DNA of 64,000 bases from Hormiphora californensis (lineage: Eukaryota > Animalia > Ctenophora): the NCBI GenBank assembly GCA_020137815.1, contig CM035361.1, positions 186,001 to 250,000 on the forward strand, read 5' to 3'. The first letter of the stretch is position 1. Every line of letters starts with the position of its first letter. Position numbers and translations under genes: made by a program. Below the pieces are notes generated by a model. That model saw only the letters and a program-made list of their open reading frames with translations. It made no database searches and had not been told where the DNA came from. Shown in pieces: positions 31,901-64,000 of this stretch.

Positions 31901-34900
31901 TAAACTTGAATTAATCAATTAAAGCGGTTAATTACCTCGCGATCTCATTATCACTAGATACCGTTCTTTGCCCCGAATAAAGGGGTCGCATCACGCCAGT
32001 CTCAGATCGCGTGTCAATACCACTGTAGAAAGAGGGTATTGTTAGTAACTCACTTTCAAACAGGTCGTAGTTACGTAACGTTAACCCTTTAAGGGCGAGA
32101 AGGATTGGCTCGATAGATTTTTCTAATTTTTCGTTTATAAGTAGATATTATTACCACAAACTACCTCGAAAAAGAAATTTGAAGTTTCGAAATGTAGTTT
32201 TTGCTGGGCCCACTGTGTCATATATGACTCTATCGTCCGTAAGGGAATTCTAGTAACAAATGTCATTTGTGCAAAAGTATGGGTCCAATAGTCAAATTTT
32301 ATGCTTTGAGGCAGTCTATAGCTATAATTTCTACAATCTTGAACGGTTTTTACTAGAAAAATACCCCAAATTCTTCATTTTGTATCATATATGACTCTAT
32401 CGTCCCAATTGGTATATTCTCCAAAAACATCCATAACTCGGGCTAGAAAAGGAGCTAAGAGTCAAATCAGGGCACTAAACTATGTAGAATCATCGCATTA
32501 GTGGGGGTAGAGCACATATTTAGGTCGCTATCTTGCCCCCTAATTGAGATAATTGGATAATTAGCCAATTATCTGTCCCGCGCATGCTAATAAATGAAAC
32601 TTTGCTTTGGGAAGGAGTTATGAGTCAAATAGGGGCACTAAAATGTGTAGAATCATCACATTAGTGGGGTTAGAGCACATATTTAGGTCTCTATCTGGAC
32701 CCCTAATTGAGATAATTGGATAATTAGCTAATTAGTTGCCCTCCAGCGCTAAAAAATTAAATTTGGCGGAGTATACAAGACAAATGGGGGCACTAAAATG
32801 TGTAAAATCGTCGCCTTAGTGGGGGCAGAGCACATAGCTGAGTTTCTATTCCCGCTCCTAATTGAGATAATTGGATAATTAGCTAATTGACGGTTGCATG
32901 ATGCCCCCTTTTCACCATATACCGTGGTTTCTGGCTAATCCTGAGCTCTTTTGTTCAATCTAAGGATCTTTTGGCATCCCTTTACCCCATTTGTATCACC
33001 TTTGACTCGTTTTACACAATAATATAGCACTCTATACAACCTTAGACGCCGACTTCTGTACAACCCCCTTGCTTCATCCTACTCCTAGCTAGACCTCTCA
33101 TACACCATACTAAACGCCTTCTACAGATCATTTTTATTTCCGATGGAGTTCATGAGAAGTTTCCTTAGTGGCAAATGAGATTGTGAGAGTGATGAGGAGA
33201 AATAATGTATGGGGAATCTAAACCGTGTTTCCAATAATAAAATGGGAAACTGTAGTACATTAGGGGTTGAACGTCTTGTAGGAGCGATAGGATATCCCAA
33301 AAAAATCGGTTAGGAAGGTGTATATGGATCTCGAAATTATGAGAGGTCTAGGATTAAGCAAGAGGGTTCTAAAGAGCTGAAGGCGGTGTCTAGGGTTGTA
33401 TAGAGTGCTATATTAGTGTGTAAAACGATTTAAAGGTGATACATATGGGTAAAGGGATGCTAGAATGGCCTTAGATTGAACAAAAGAGCTCAGGATTAGC
33501 CAGAAACCACGGTTTATGGTTAAAAGGGGGCATCATGCAACCGTCAATTAGTATAAAATAAATATCCAATTATCTCAATTAGGAGCGGGAATAGAAACTC
33601 AGCTATGTGCTCTGCCCCCACTAAGGCGACGATTTTACACATTTTAGTGCCCCCATTTGTCTTGTATACTCCGCCAATTTTATTTTTTTAGCGCTGGAGG
33701 GCAACTAATTAGCTAATTATCCAACTATCTCAATTAGGGGTCCAGATAGAGACCTAAATATGTGCTCTAACCCCACTAATGTGATGATTCTACACATTTT
33801 AGTGCCCCCATTTGACTCATAACTCCTTCCCAAAGCAAAGTTTCATTTATTAGCATGCGCGGGACAGATAATTGGCTAATTATCCAATTATCTCAATTAG
33901 GGGGCAAGATAGCGACCTAAATATGTGCTCTACCCCCACTAATGCGATGATTCTACATAGTTTAGTGCCCTGATTTGACTCTTAGCTCCTTTTCTAGCCC
34001 GAGTTATGGATGTTTTTGGAGAATATACCAATTGGGACGATAGAGTCATATATGATACAAAATGAAGAATTTGGGGTATTTTTCTAGTAAAAACCGTTCA
34101 AGATTGTAGAAATTATAGCTATAGACTGCCTCAAAGCATAAAATTTGACTATTGGACCCATACTTTTGCACAAATGACATATGTTACTAGAATTCCCTTA
34201 CGGACGATAGAGTCATATATGATACAACGACTAAAACGTTAATAACTCATTCAATTTTCAATATTTTTTGATGCGGTTTTTTGCATTCGATTTGTTATGT
34301 CAAGTAGTTTTATCCCTTCAAAGGATTATTTGTGCCCCTCAAAAACAAAAAATTGAGAGGGGTTTTAAAAAAAAGGCCTAAATTAGCCTCCCGAGAAGGG
34401 CCATAAAAAAATTTCTTCGATTTTCCGAGCAGATTTGGACGTGGTTTTGGGTTCAAAATCCCTAAAACTAGCTTGTGACAAAAAATTAGCCACCTAGACA
34501 TCATGTAGCGCCTTCCAGACGGTCTAGAATGGACCGTGTCATATATGACCTATCGCCCTCAAAGGGTTAACATAAAACAGACGGACAGGGAAGAGACTAA
34601 CTTACAAATACATTTAAGAAAGTATGGAACTTCTCACCGTTTAAATTTTGTATTCCGACAATTTTGGTATTCAGGCTCATTTTGATCATTTTTGCTGAAC
34701 TTTGTTTTTGGAGACTTTTGGATGAATTTAGGTGCGTGATAGTGGTGATTAGGTAGTTTCTGATTGGTCCCCGTCTCAGGTTTAGCTGTTTTCCGAAAAC
34801 TCCGCCGTTTTCGTAACTCAGCGTGTTTTACCATCATATTATTGGGTTCAGTTTGCCGCTTTGTGTCCCGGTTTTGATCCCCGCGATTACATGTCACTCT

Positions 34901-35335
34901 GTTATTATCTTGGTGGGGAACAACTTTGTTGGAGCCATGGTTCTCGTGCAATTTAATTTTCTTAGAGCGGGGCACTTTTTTAGGACTTTTCGCTCGGATT
35001 GAAGGCTGAGAGGAGGGTACAATTCTCTGCTGAGATCTACTGTGGTTATGTCGAGGTTTAGTTGTCTTTCCTTGCTCTGAGTTCTGAACAAATTTTCTAC
35101 CGGGATGGCGACGCGGTGATTTTGAATTCTGTACTCTCTGACGATGGCCACACACCGATCCCTCTTTTAGTTGCTCCTTTATCAAAACATCCAATCCCGC
35201 AGTTGAAGATGTCGATTTCCAAACCAGAGAGGAAGATTTCAGGTCATGTGACATCAGGAACCTCTGGTTTCTACCCCACTGATGAAGACTTGATGAACCC
35301 GTGTTACGAGTAGTATCAGGGTCGACTGGAGCCAT
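28974..35335 (-). CDS. CEP85: Centrosomal coiled-coil protein CEP85/CEP85L-like
   Basis: Phase-consistent exons from 35335-34638 through RLQDYLTTLPTVKEY, EDLASVVEV, QPDISLLLG and the C-terminus LRAQLSDMYAEDVGNRCPTQ* (compare CEP85 ..SDRYAQDMGENCVTQ). Confidence 0.8.
30062..30155. repeat. Short dispersed element with CCAAT and CACGTG motifs
   Basis: CAGGAACCGACCAAATCAGGAAATACTGGTCCCTGATTGGCTGATGACCAGTCACGTGACCTAAATAACGAG; resembles an abundant repeat I recall from Pleurobrachia sequences (not verified). Confidence 0.5.
32085..34566. mobile_element. Non-autonomous piggyBac-type element (~2.5 kb) with long internal inverted repeat
   Basis: TTAA|CCCTTTAAGGGCGA...TCGCCCTCAAAGGG|TTAA. Inverted arms ~32217-33045 / ~33395-34223. 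Repeated motif TCATATATGAC(T)CTATCG. No transposase ORF. Confidence 0.9.
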
Positions 35336-35769
35336 GCGTAAACTTGTTGAGTAACAACAAATCAACTTGTTTTGTCACGAAGAGAGGGTCAAGGCAAATT
35401 ATTGAAACAGTTTAGAAGATTATACGGTTGGAGGAGGATGTGCAGATGGTACAAACCAAAAGCAGAATTGGGTGAAATGATCTCTCTAAAGAGAGAAAGA
35501 GAGAAAGAGAGAGAGAGAAAGAGAGAAAGAGAGAAAGAGATAGAGAGAGAGAAAGAGAGAGAGAGAAATAACAAGCTAATAGTAATGAAGAGATAGATAC
35601 AATCAACAGCTGGCAAGATCTGCACAGTCTAGAGAGAGAGAGAGAGAGAGTTGATAACATTGCAGTAGCAGCTGGCAGCCTAGCAGTCTACAACGCACTG
35701 TCCCCACCCATATATCACAGAGGGAGACAGTTTTAGCATTGGTAACTTTATCAACAGTAATGAGAAGCA

Positions 35770-35846
<77 letters not shown>

Positions 35847-36323
35847 CACAGCTATACGCTTTGATCTGACCAAACTGAGCAATTACAAACAGCCCAGAAG
35901 GTGTTGTAAAACATTTAAACAATTTTTACCAACAACAGCTTGACACACGTTCTCTCTTTGTCATGCTATTTTTAGGCCAAATTTCTATGTGTAATTTGGA
36001 GGTAAATCATGTTTAGATAATTTTAAAATGATCATCTTTTTGAAGGTGGAAGTATGCCAATTATTGTAAAAGAGGGGAATGAGTGATTATGATTATTTTC
36101 GGACACTTCCGCTTCTAAATAATTATGAACCAGTTTTATTAAAATAGATAGTTTATAGGGTTAGAAAAACAAAATATATAGCTCAATACTAACCATATTT
36201 TATATCTAAAACTCTATACAAATTATAACTGTCATTCCCGTTTTTTAACAGGTTTTACAGCGCTTCAAGTTCGTTACAGTGTAACACCAAACAAATTAAC
36301 TTCTCTGTCCGTTACCAAACAAA

Positions 36324-37212
36324 TCAAATTCTCTGTCCACCTCCAAAGTATTCACCGTATGATGGAGGAGGGTTATCAGGACGGTTATCAGTAGATGGCG
36401 GACCTTCAGCATCAGAAGATATTTGTGAGATTCCAGGTTGGCCGTCACCTGAGACAGGGGGTTGTTCGCCACTACAACTTGGTAGTTGTGTAAAAGGTGG
36501 AGGAACATCGTTGTGTCCGTCCAGTTGTATGCCTGGAGGGTACATTTCTAGTGGTGGTGCAGAACCAATCGGCGGTGGCGGTCCGTAACCACCTGATGGA
36601 GGCGGCGGTACATAACCCGGTTGCCCATAACCAATTGGCGGTGCATAACCAATCGGCGGTTGTGCATAACCACTCGGCGGTGGCGGTCCGTAACCACCTG
36701 ATGGAGGCGGTACATAACCCGGTTGCCCATAACAAATCGGCGGTGCATAACCACTTGGCGGCGCATAACCACTTGGCGGTGCACTTGGCGGCATGGTAGA
36801 TCCATCACTTGGAACCCACGTCCAGTGTCCCTGTGGAGGTGGAGGTTGTGTTTCTTGGACTGGAGCAGCTATCTGCCAACAGGCCCGTACCCTCCTCTTC
36901 TTCCTTATCTCCTTCTTCCTTCTCTTCCTCTCCCTCTCCATCTACAGGAGGTACTGGATCATCAGGAACTGCCTCATCCAACGCCTCCACACAAAACTTG
37001 CAACAGAAACAGAGGAACACTACCCCGATAACACCCAGTATAATGTACATGATCACTTCAAGGACCTCCCCTACACCGGAACCCCCTCCACCTCCATACC
37101 TGCCCCTGGAGCCCCGGCCACCACCCCTGCCCCGTGCTGAGACCCCGTGATGGAGAAGCAGGAGGGTAGTTAGGAGGAGAATTAGAGCTGGTCTTCCGCG
37201 TCATAGTTCCAT
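36324..37212 (-). CDS. Intronless type I membrane protein: signal peptide, Gly/Arg-rich ectodomain, TM with Cys cluster, Pro/Gly/Tyr-rich tail (Shisa/WBP1/VOPP1-like architecture); reading frame interrupted
   Basis: RPALILLLTTLLLLHHGVSA-RGRGGG..-IMYIILGVIGVVFLCFCCKFC-acidic, then a frame switch near 36875 into PPSGYAPP repeats and PPPSYGEY. A stop or indel also lies near the start. Confidence 0.6.
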
Positions 37213-37818
37213 GTGAAGTAGGGGTTCTAAAAGTAAGAAGTTAGATATATATATGGCAAGTGGTATCCAAGTAGACATAGTTTATACTAAGTAAACGCAA
37301 CAAACACACTGTCAGGCCAATGCTCTGACAGGTTATATACACGCTGAGAGAAGAACAATGTGGAGAAGTATAAAACATAGGCTCACTGAATAAGAAGAGT
37401 GAGCTGTATTAAAATGTATATGCCATTTCTAAACGGACAGTACGGAAACGACGGAAATAATATTGCCATTCGAGATTAGCTATATATGGCCATTATATAT
37501 TCTTTAGATTATAATATGCACATAATCATATTATATGCTATTAAAAGCTCTTGTGTACAACAATTATTATATGTGAAGGTAAAAGCAGGTTGTGTACGGG
37601 CGCGAGAAAACCAGAGGTAGGAACATTAATTGTAAGTACAATTAGTATAGCTGCGAATGTGTGAACACTTTGTTCAGAGAGAGAGGGAGGGAGAGGAGGA
37701 GTGAAGAGAGAGGGGGAAGGGGAGAGAGGGGGAAAGAGAGAGTGAGAGTGAGAGACGAAAAAAAAAAAAGAGAGAGAGAAGATCTCTCCTTTCTACTCTC
37801 GCTCTCTCGTATCTCTCT

Positions 37819-37850
<32 letters not shown>

Positions 37851-38805
37851 ATCTCTCTCTCTCTCTCTGTCTCTCGCTCTACTCATCCTCTCTCTCTCTC
37901 TCTGTTTTTTTTTTGTTTTCTCTCTCTCTCTCTCTCTCTCTCTCGCTCTCTTCTCTCTTCTCTCTCCTCTCTCTCTCTCTTTTTTGGGTGTGGTGGTGGA
38001 GCAAGAGACAAGGAGAGACAAACCATGTCAGTTCCACAGAGTGTTTTCCGAAGAAGATATATTTTCCTCTATTATATCAGTTGTCCATACTGACCAGGGT
38101 GCCAATGGAAGTGAGACGTTGGCGGAATGTTTTGAATAACTAATGAAGTTAACATATTATCAAGGCAGGGGAAGAAGTTGATAACTTCTGATGGAATAAA
38201 ACATGAAAGTGATGAAATGTGTGCTGGTTAGCACACACTTTCATAACTTCTTTCTAGTTACTCGAGTTGGAATGAATGGAGGAACTAAATATGAAACGAG
38301 AACTCCGTCATTGGTCGGTTTTAATTTTTTTAATACCAAAAACTCATCAGGTTTTCAAATATGTAAAATCATATTTCAACTTTTCTACACAATCTTTAAC
38401 ACATACATTACACAGACGTTTTTAAGGTAATCGCTAAAATATGAACACAGCTCCGCATTTAACAGCATGATGAATAATTTCAGCACTTTTGTGTTATAAC
38501 ACACTCATACTTTTTAATTCATGAGTGGAAATAGGTAATTAGCAATATAATTATTATAACTGAACTTTAGTGGTCCAACAGCACTGAGAGGGTCGAATTG
38601 TTAAATTACTCTGATTAATATATATACACGGCACAGCCCAAAATATAAATCTGTCAGACAGATTCTGTCTTACCCAAAACCAAAACATTCCAAATCACCA
38701 CCAAAACTATAGTCCATCTCTCCCAAATCCATCCTTGACTACTGTCCAATCACAATAATTGTCTCCCAAAAGAGTCATAAAACAACCCAGTTCTCTTCAT
38801 CTCTA

Positions 38806-60022
<21,217 letters not shown>

Positions 60023-60528
60023 GATATCCTTACACGGTGATACTGGTGTTAATCATAGCTTTGAGCTTTCTGTAAAAAGAGTAAGATCTAAATATTATAT
60101 TGTGCTTTATAAATGGAGCCCGCGGTAGCTCAGGGATAAGAACAAACTTATTGCCTTGCAAATGTAAAGGAGGGTTAGAACATAACAACAAATTGAACTA
60201 ATTCAGGAAGACTAAAAAATTCAGGAATAATATTATGTTTCAATATTACGGGCCGGCATCAAGTCTAGTCAATAGCCTGATTAATATCCCGATCCAGGTA
60301 ATTTGAAAGGTTTCCTCTCGTATGATGTGGGAAATTCAAAGTATACGGCTTCAACAGAAACAGTATGAAAATAAATCACATGGCTATACGTGTTGATTTA
60401 TATTCAGGCAATTTCTTGAAAAAGTGGGTTAAATATAGAATTCATGTATATTGTTGCCCAAAAAAACATTAACTCACGACACAAAATATATGTCCTGGAG
60501 ATGACGGGAGAGAGAGAGGGAGAGAGAG

Positions 60529-60585
<57 letters not shown>

Positions 60586-61489
60586 ATTTCTTGGCACGGT
60601 AACATAAATTGAGTGAAAAGTAAGAATTAGCTTATAGAGAAAGAAAGAGTTGAGTTAGAGAGGGATATATTATTGCGAAGAAAAAGAAGGAAATAGGCGG
60701 AATCTAGAAAATATATGAGCATTTGACAGTTCCCGTGCAAGTCAAGCGCATAAAATTGTGAGAAACCAATGCAAAATTTAGAGTTAGGGTTTCTGATATA
60801 TTGATCCAAGGTAGAATAGTCAAGAGGCAAAACGAGAAGTTGTAAAAAAGAGGGAAAATAAAAACGAGAAGTTGTAAAAAATATTAGAGAAACCTGAGTT
60901 TCAGAAACGTCAAAGCGTGACAGCGAGCCAAGAAGGGGGCATGGAAAACTCAAGCGGGCATACAGTTTGGCATGGCACGCGAGCTTACAAATCAGTCAAT
61001 AAAGAGAAGATTGGAATGGATACCTTTCAAAATTCTATCTCTTTCTCTCTCTCTTTCTCTCTCCTTGTCTCCTACAACACAAATGTCACATACTAACATT
61101 ACTATAAGAGAAGGCTAGAGAAATATGTGCTATGAGTAGTAAGTTGAAAGAGGAGGAGAGGTCTTGAGCTCGGACAACAGTCAACATTAAGTTTTGACAA
61201 GGCTAGAGAGTTCAGCACGGAGAAAACACAAAAAAAGGAGTTCAGTTTTAAGAAACAAGTCAGTGGTGAGTGGGTGAGAAATAGTAGTACTGCAGCCGGA
61301 CCCCAAAATGATGACCAAAAAAACTACAAAATAAAGGAGTTGAGTAGCTGAACTTGATCTATTTTGTATGCTTCATTGCCTCGTGTCATCATGAGCTCGT
61401 GAGAACCACTATTATTACACATGACAAACAGTGTGACATGCTATAGCTGGTACCAACACTGTTGTCTAGATCTATCTTGTCTGGATTAA

Positions 61490-61568
61490 CAGTCGGACCC
61501 CGATTTACCGGAAACCCCGATATACCGGGCAAAACCCTCGAGCATCCCGGTAAATCGGGGTCCGACTG
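61490..61568. mobile_element. Tiny MITE, same TIR family as 19964-20060
   Basis: CAGTCGGACCCCGATTTACCGG...CCGGTAAATCGGGGTCCGACTG. Confidence 0.85.
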
Positions 61569-62612
61569 CAGTATATATGTGGTTTATGCTGGTGTTAATG
61601 CATCCTTACAGGGCACACTGTGTGTCTAGTACAACTTTGGGTCTAACCAAACGGCTATAAAGAAACCATACAGAATCAAGAATGATCAAGATAGCGATTG
61701 AGATCATCATTGTTCGAGTCCTAAACAGAAGAAGATCAGGATCAAAATAAAAGTGATGTATATATACATCAGTGAAGTAAGTTGATCTAGTTGTAAAGAA
61801 GTGTGACAGAAAGAAGTGTGTGATTCATTTTATGAGCACTTCCCCTGACACTTATATGGTACTGGTATATTGATAGGCTTCACATGTCGTGTTCGGCAAA
61901 TCGTGCTTTTTAGCTGTGATTATAATAGTTGTGCCTCACTTAGACCTATACTTTGTGGGCTATGCCGAATCGTGAAAAGGTAAAAAAAACTTAAAAGTTT
62001 AAAAGGAAAGTGAAACACAGAAAGTCTGTGAACTTGACAAAGAGGGATACCATACTAAACTAAAACGCCCGTGTAGCCTGTGTTTTAGTTAAAAGTTTGC
62101 CGATGAAAGGACCAAGCACTGGGAGAGTTAGATCTGAACAACAGAGTTAGATGAACATGAGAGTTAGATAAACATGAGAGGGAGAAGGACAAGAGAGTTA
62201 GAAGGAAAATGGGGAGTGAAATGGAAAATGAGACGGAAAGAGAGAGGTGGGATGATAGGGAGATTAAAACAATACCTCTCCCAAGCCCGATATATATAGC
62301 GATAGTATTCCTTATGGGCTTATTTTTGAAGCTATTCCCTGCAAATATTTTACTAGCTGCATGCCACGGCATTCCTAGCTCGTTACTTCAGTAAGTCAGT
62401 CTCCTAGAGGAGACAAATATTACAGCAGAGATACCTAGATTTTTGTGAAAATTTCAACCCCATTTCAACAAAAAAAAAAGTCAATTTGTAAAATATCATG
62501 TCTCGTTTAATTGGCAGGAAGGTAATAAACGGAGACCACGAATCGCGTCAGTTTAAAAATTTGACCCTCGGCCAACTCCGCGTAGAATATCTGCGGTTCG
62601 GCGATTAATTCC

Positions 62613-62834
<222 letters not shown>

Positions 62835-63828
62835 CTACAAAAATTGGGAAACAAGCTAAAACAAGCTGGAACTAAGTTACCAACGAGGGCCGGCTATCAG
62901 CTCAGTTCGAGAATCGGCCGATGCGTTGCGTGATCTCAGGCACTCCTTCTTCAAAATATGTTTTGAGTATTTACGAAGAAGAGACGTACTTAAAAACAAC
63001 CAAAGATGAGTTCATTTCGTATTCAAAAACTTTCTTTAGAGTGTATTTAAGAAGCATTTTTTTATAAAAAAGGTAAAAAAGGAGTTGGCAATAGACAGTT
63101 TATAGTTTTGTGAGGGATATTACAAAAGAGAAAGTCTGTTTTTGGCACTAAACTATAATTTACATGTTGAGTCACACTACCCCCGTAACACTTCGCGTAG
63201 AGTTCACGCTGACTTATTTCATTTTATTATCTCGAATTATAACTGCAACGCACACCAAACACGTGCACTAAAAGTTTTGAGAAAGAGAGGGAAAGAGAGG
63301 GAGAAAGATAGAGGTGTGTAGTCAGAAATCCTAGTTGGTGAGTCTAAAATAGAAAGATACGAATCCAAGTTCACAGCTAACAGTATACCAAGGGGAAACA
63401 AAAATAAAACTATCAACAAGCTCACTCTCAGTGTAACATAAAGTTGTCATCAGTTGGGTACACGCCTAGTGAAGATTAATATCTGAGTGGGTTAAGTAGA
63501 ATGAGAACAGAAGAAAAGAGAGAGAATATAGAACTGGAACGTGAAAGTTGAAAGATAGATCAAAGATCTGTAAGATGAATGGATTGGTGGATTAATCCAG
63601 GATTAGAAGAAACCAGACATCATGTGTATAAAAACACACATACTAATCAGTATAATAAGATCCAGCAATATCTTTTTCTCCCTCTCTTATTTTTCCTCTC
63701 CCTCCCAATATCTCCAAATCTCTCTCCCCACTCTCTTCTCAGATCACTGATCTTCATACGCATAGAAAGTCACATGGCTCAGTCGTTATTCCGCCTGAAT
63801 GAATTGAGAGAGAGAGAGAGAAAAAAGA

Positions 63829-63870
<42 letters not shown>

Positions 63871-64000
63871 TACATTGGGAAAGAAGCAACCATTTGAGAG
63901 AGGTGGAGATAATAAGATGTCGTGAAAGATATGCGATGAGAGGCATCAATTCGATCGAAAACCGTGGGAAAAGCCAATATTCAATTATCAGATCCCAATT

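Noticed and set aside
38300-38352. CUGAUGAG on the minus strand, a possible third hammerhead
   Set aside because: No proper GAAA box or NUH cleavage site.

Overview
Eukaryotic (metazoan) genomic DNA, intron-rich and rich in (CT/GA)n. It is most likely a cydippid ctenophore, which is an inference from a repeat I recall, not a search result. The assembly is error-prone long-read sequence, with homopolymer indels and three garbled blocks (~5.2-5.6, 23.0-24.4, 49.8-53.5 kb). Genes, left to right: a Band 4.1/Yurt-like FERM gene (+, 937-9375) whose third intron holds an intronless, same-strand cathepsin-L-like protease with two ShK domains, followed by a hammerhead-like motif; VPS11 (+, 11408-21093) with an 8xNPF acidic tail; a ~0.5 kb highly self-complementary intergenic segment (candidate ncRNA); LRRC56 (-); CEP85/CEP85L-like (-); a single-pass membrane protein with PY-type motifs (-); and a large disordered/coiled-coil gene of unknown family (-, ~38.8-60.0 kb). 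Introns carry many non-autonomous DNA transposons (TA-flanked MITEs, piggyBac-type elements, one with ~0.8 kb internal inverted arms) and a truncated Penelope element with a hammerhead. Two patterns recur: duplicated splice acceptors, and X-box/CRE/E-box motifs inside coding exons. All exon structures were inferred by eye.
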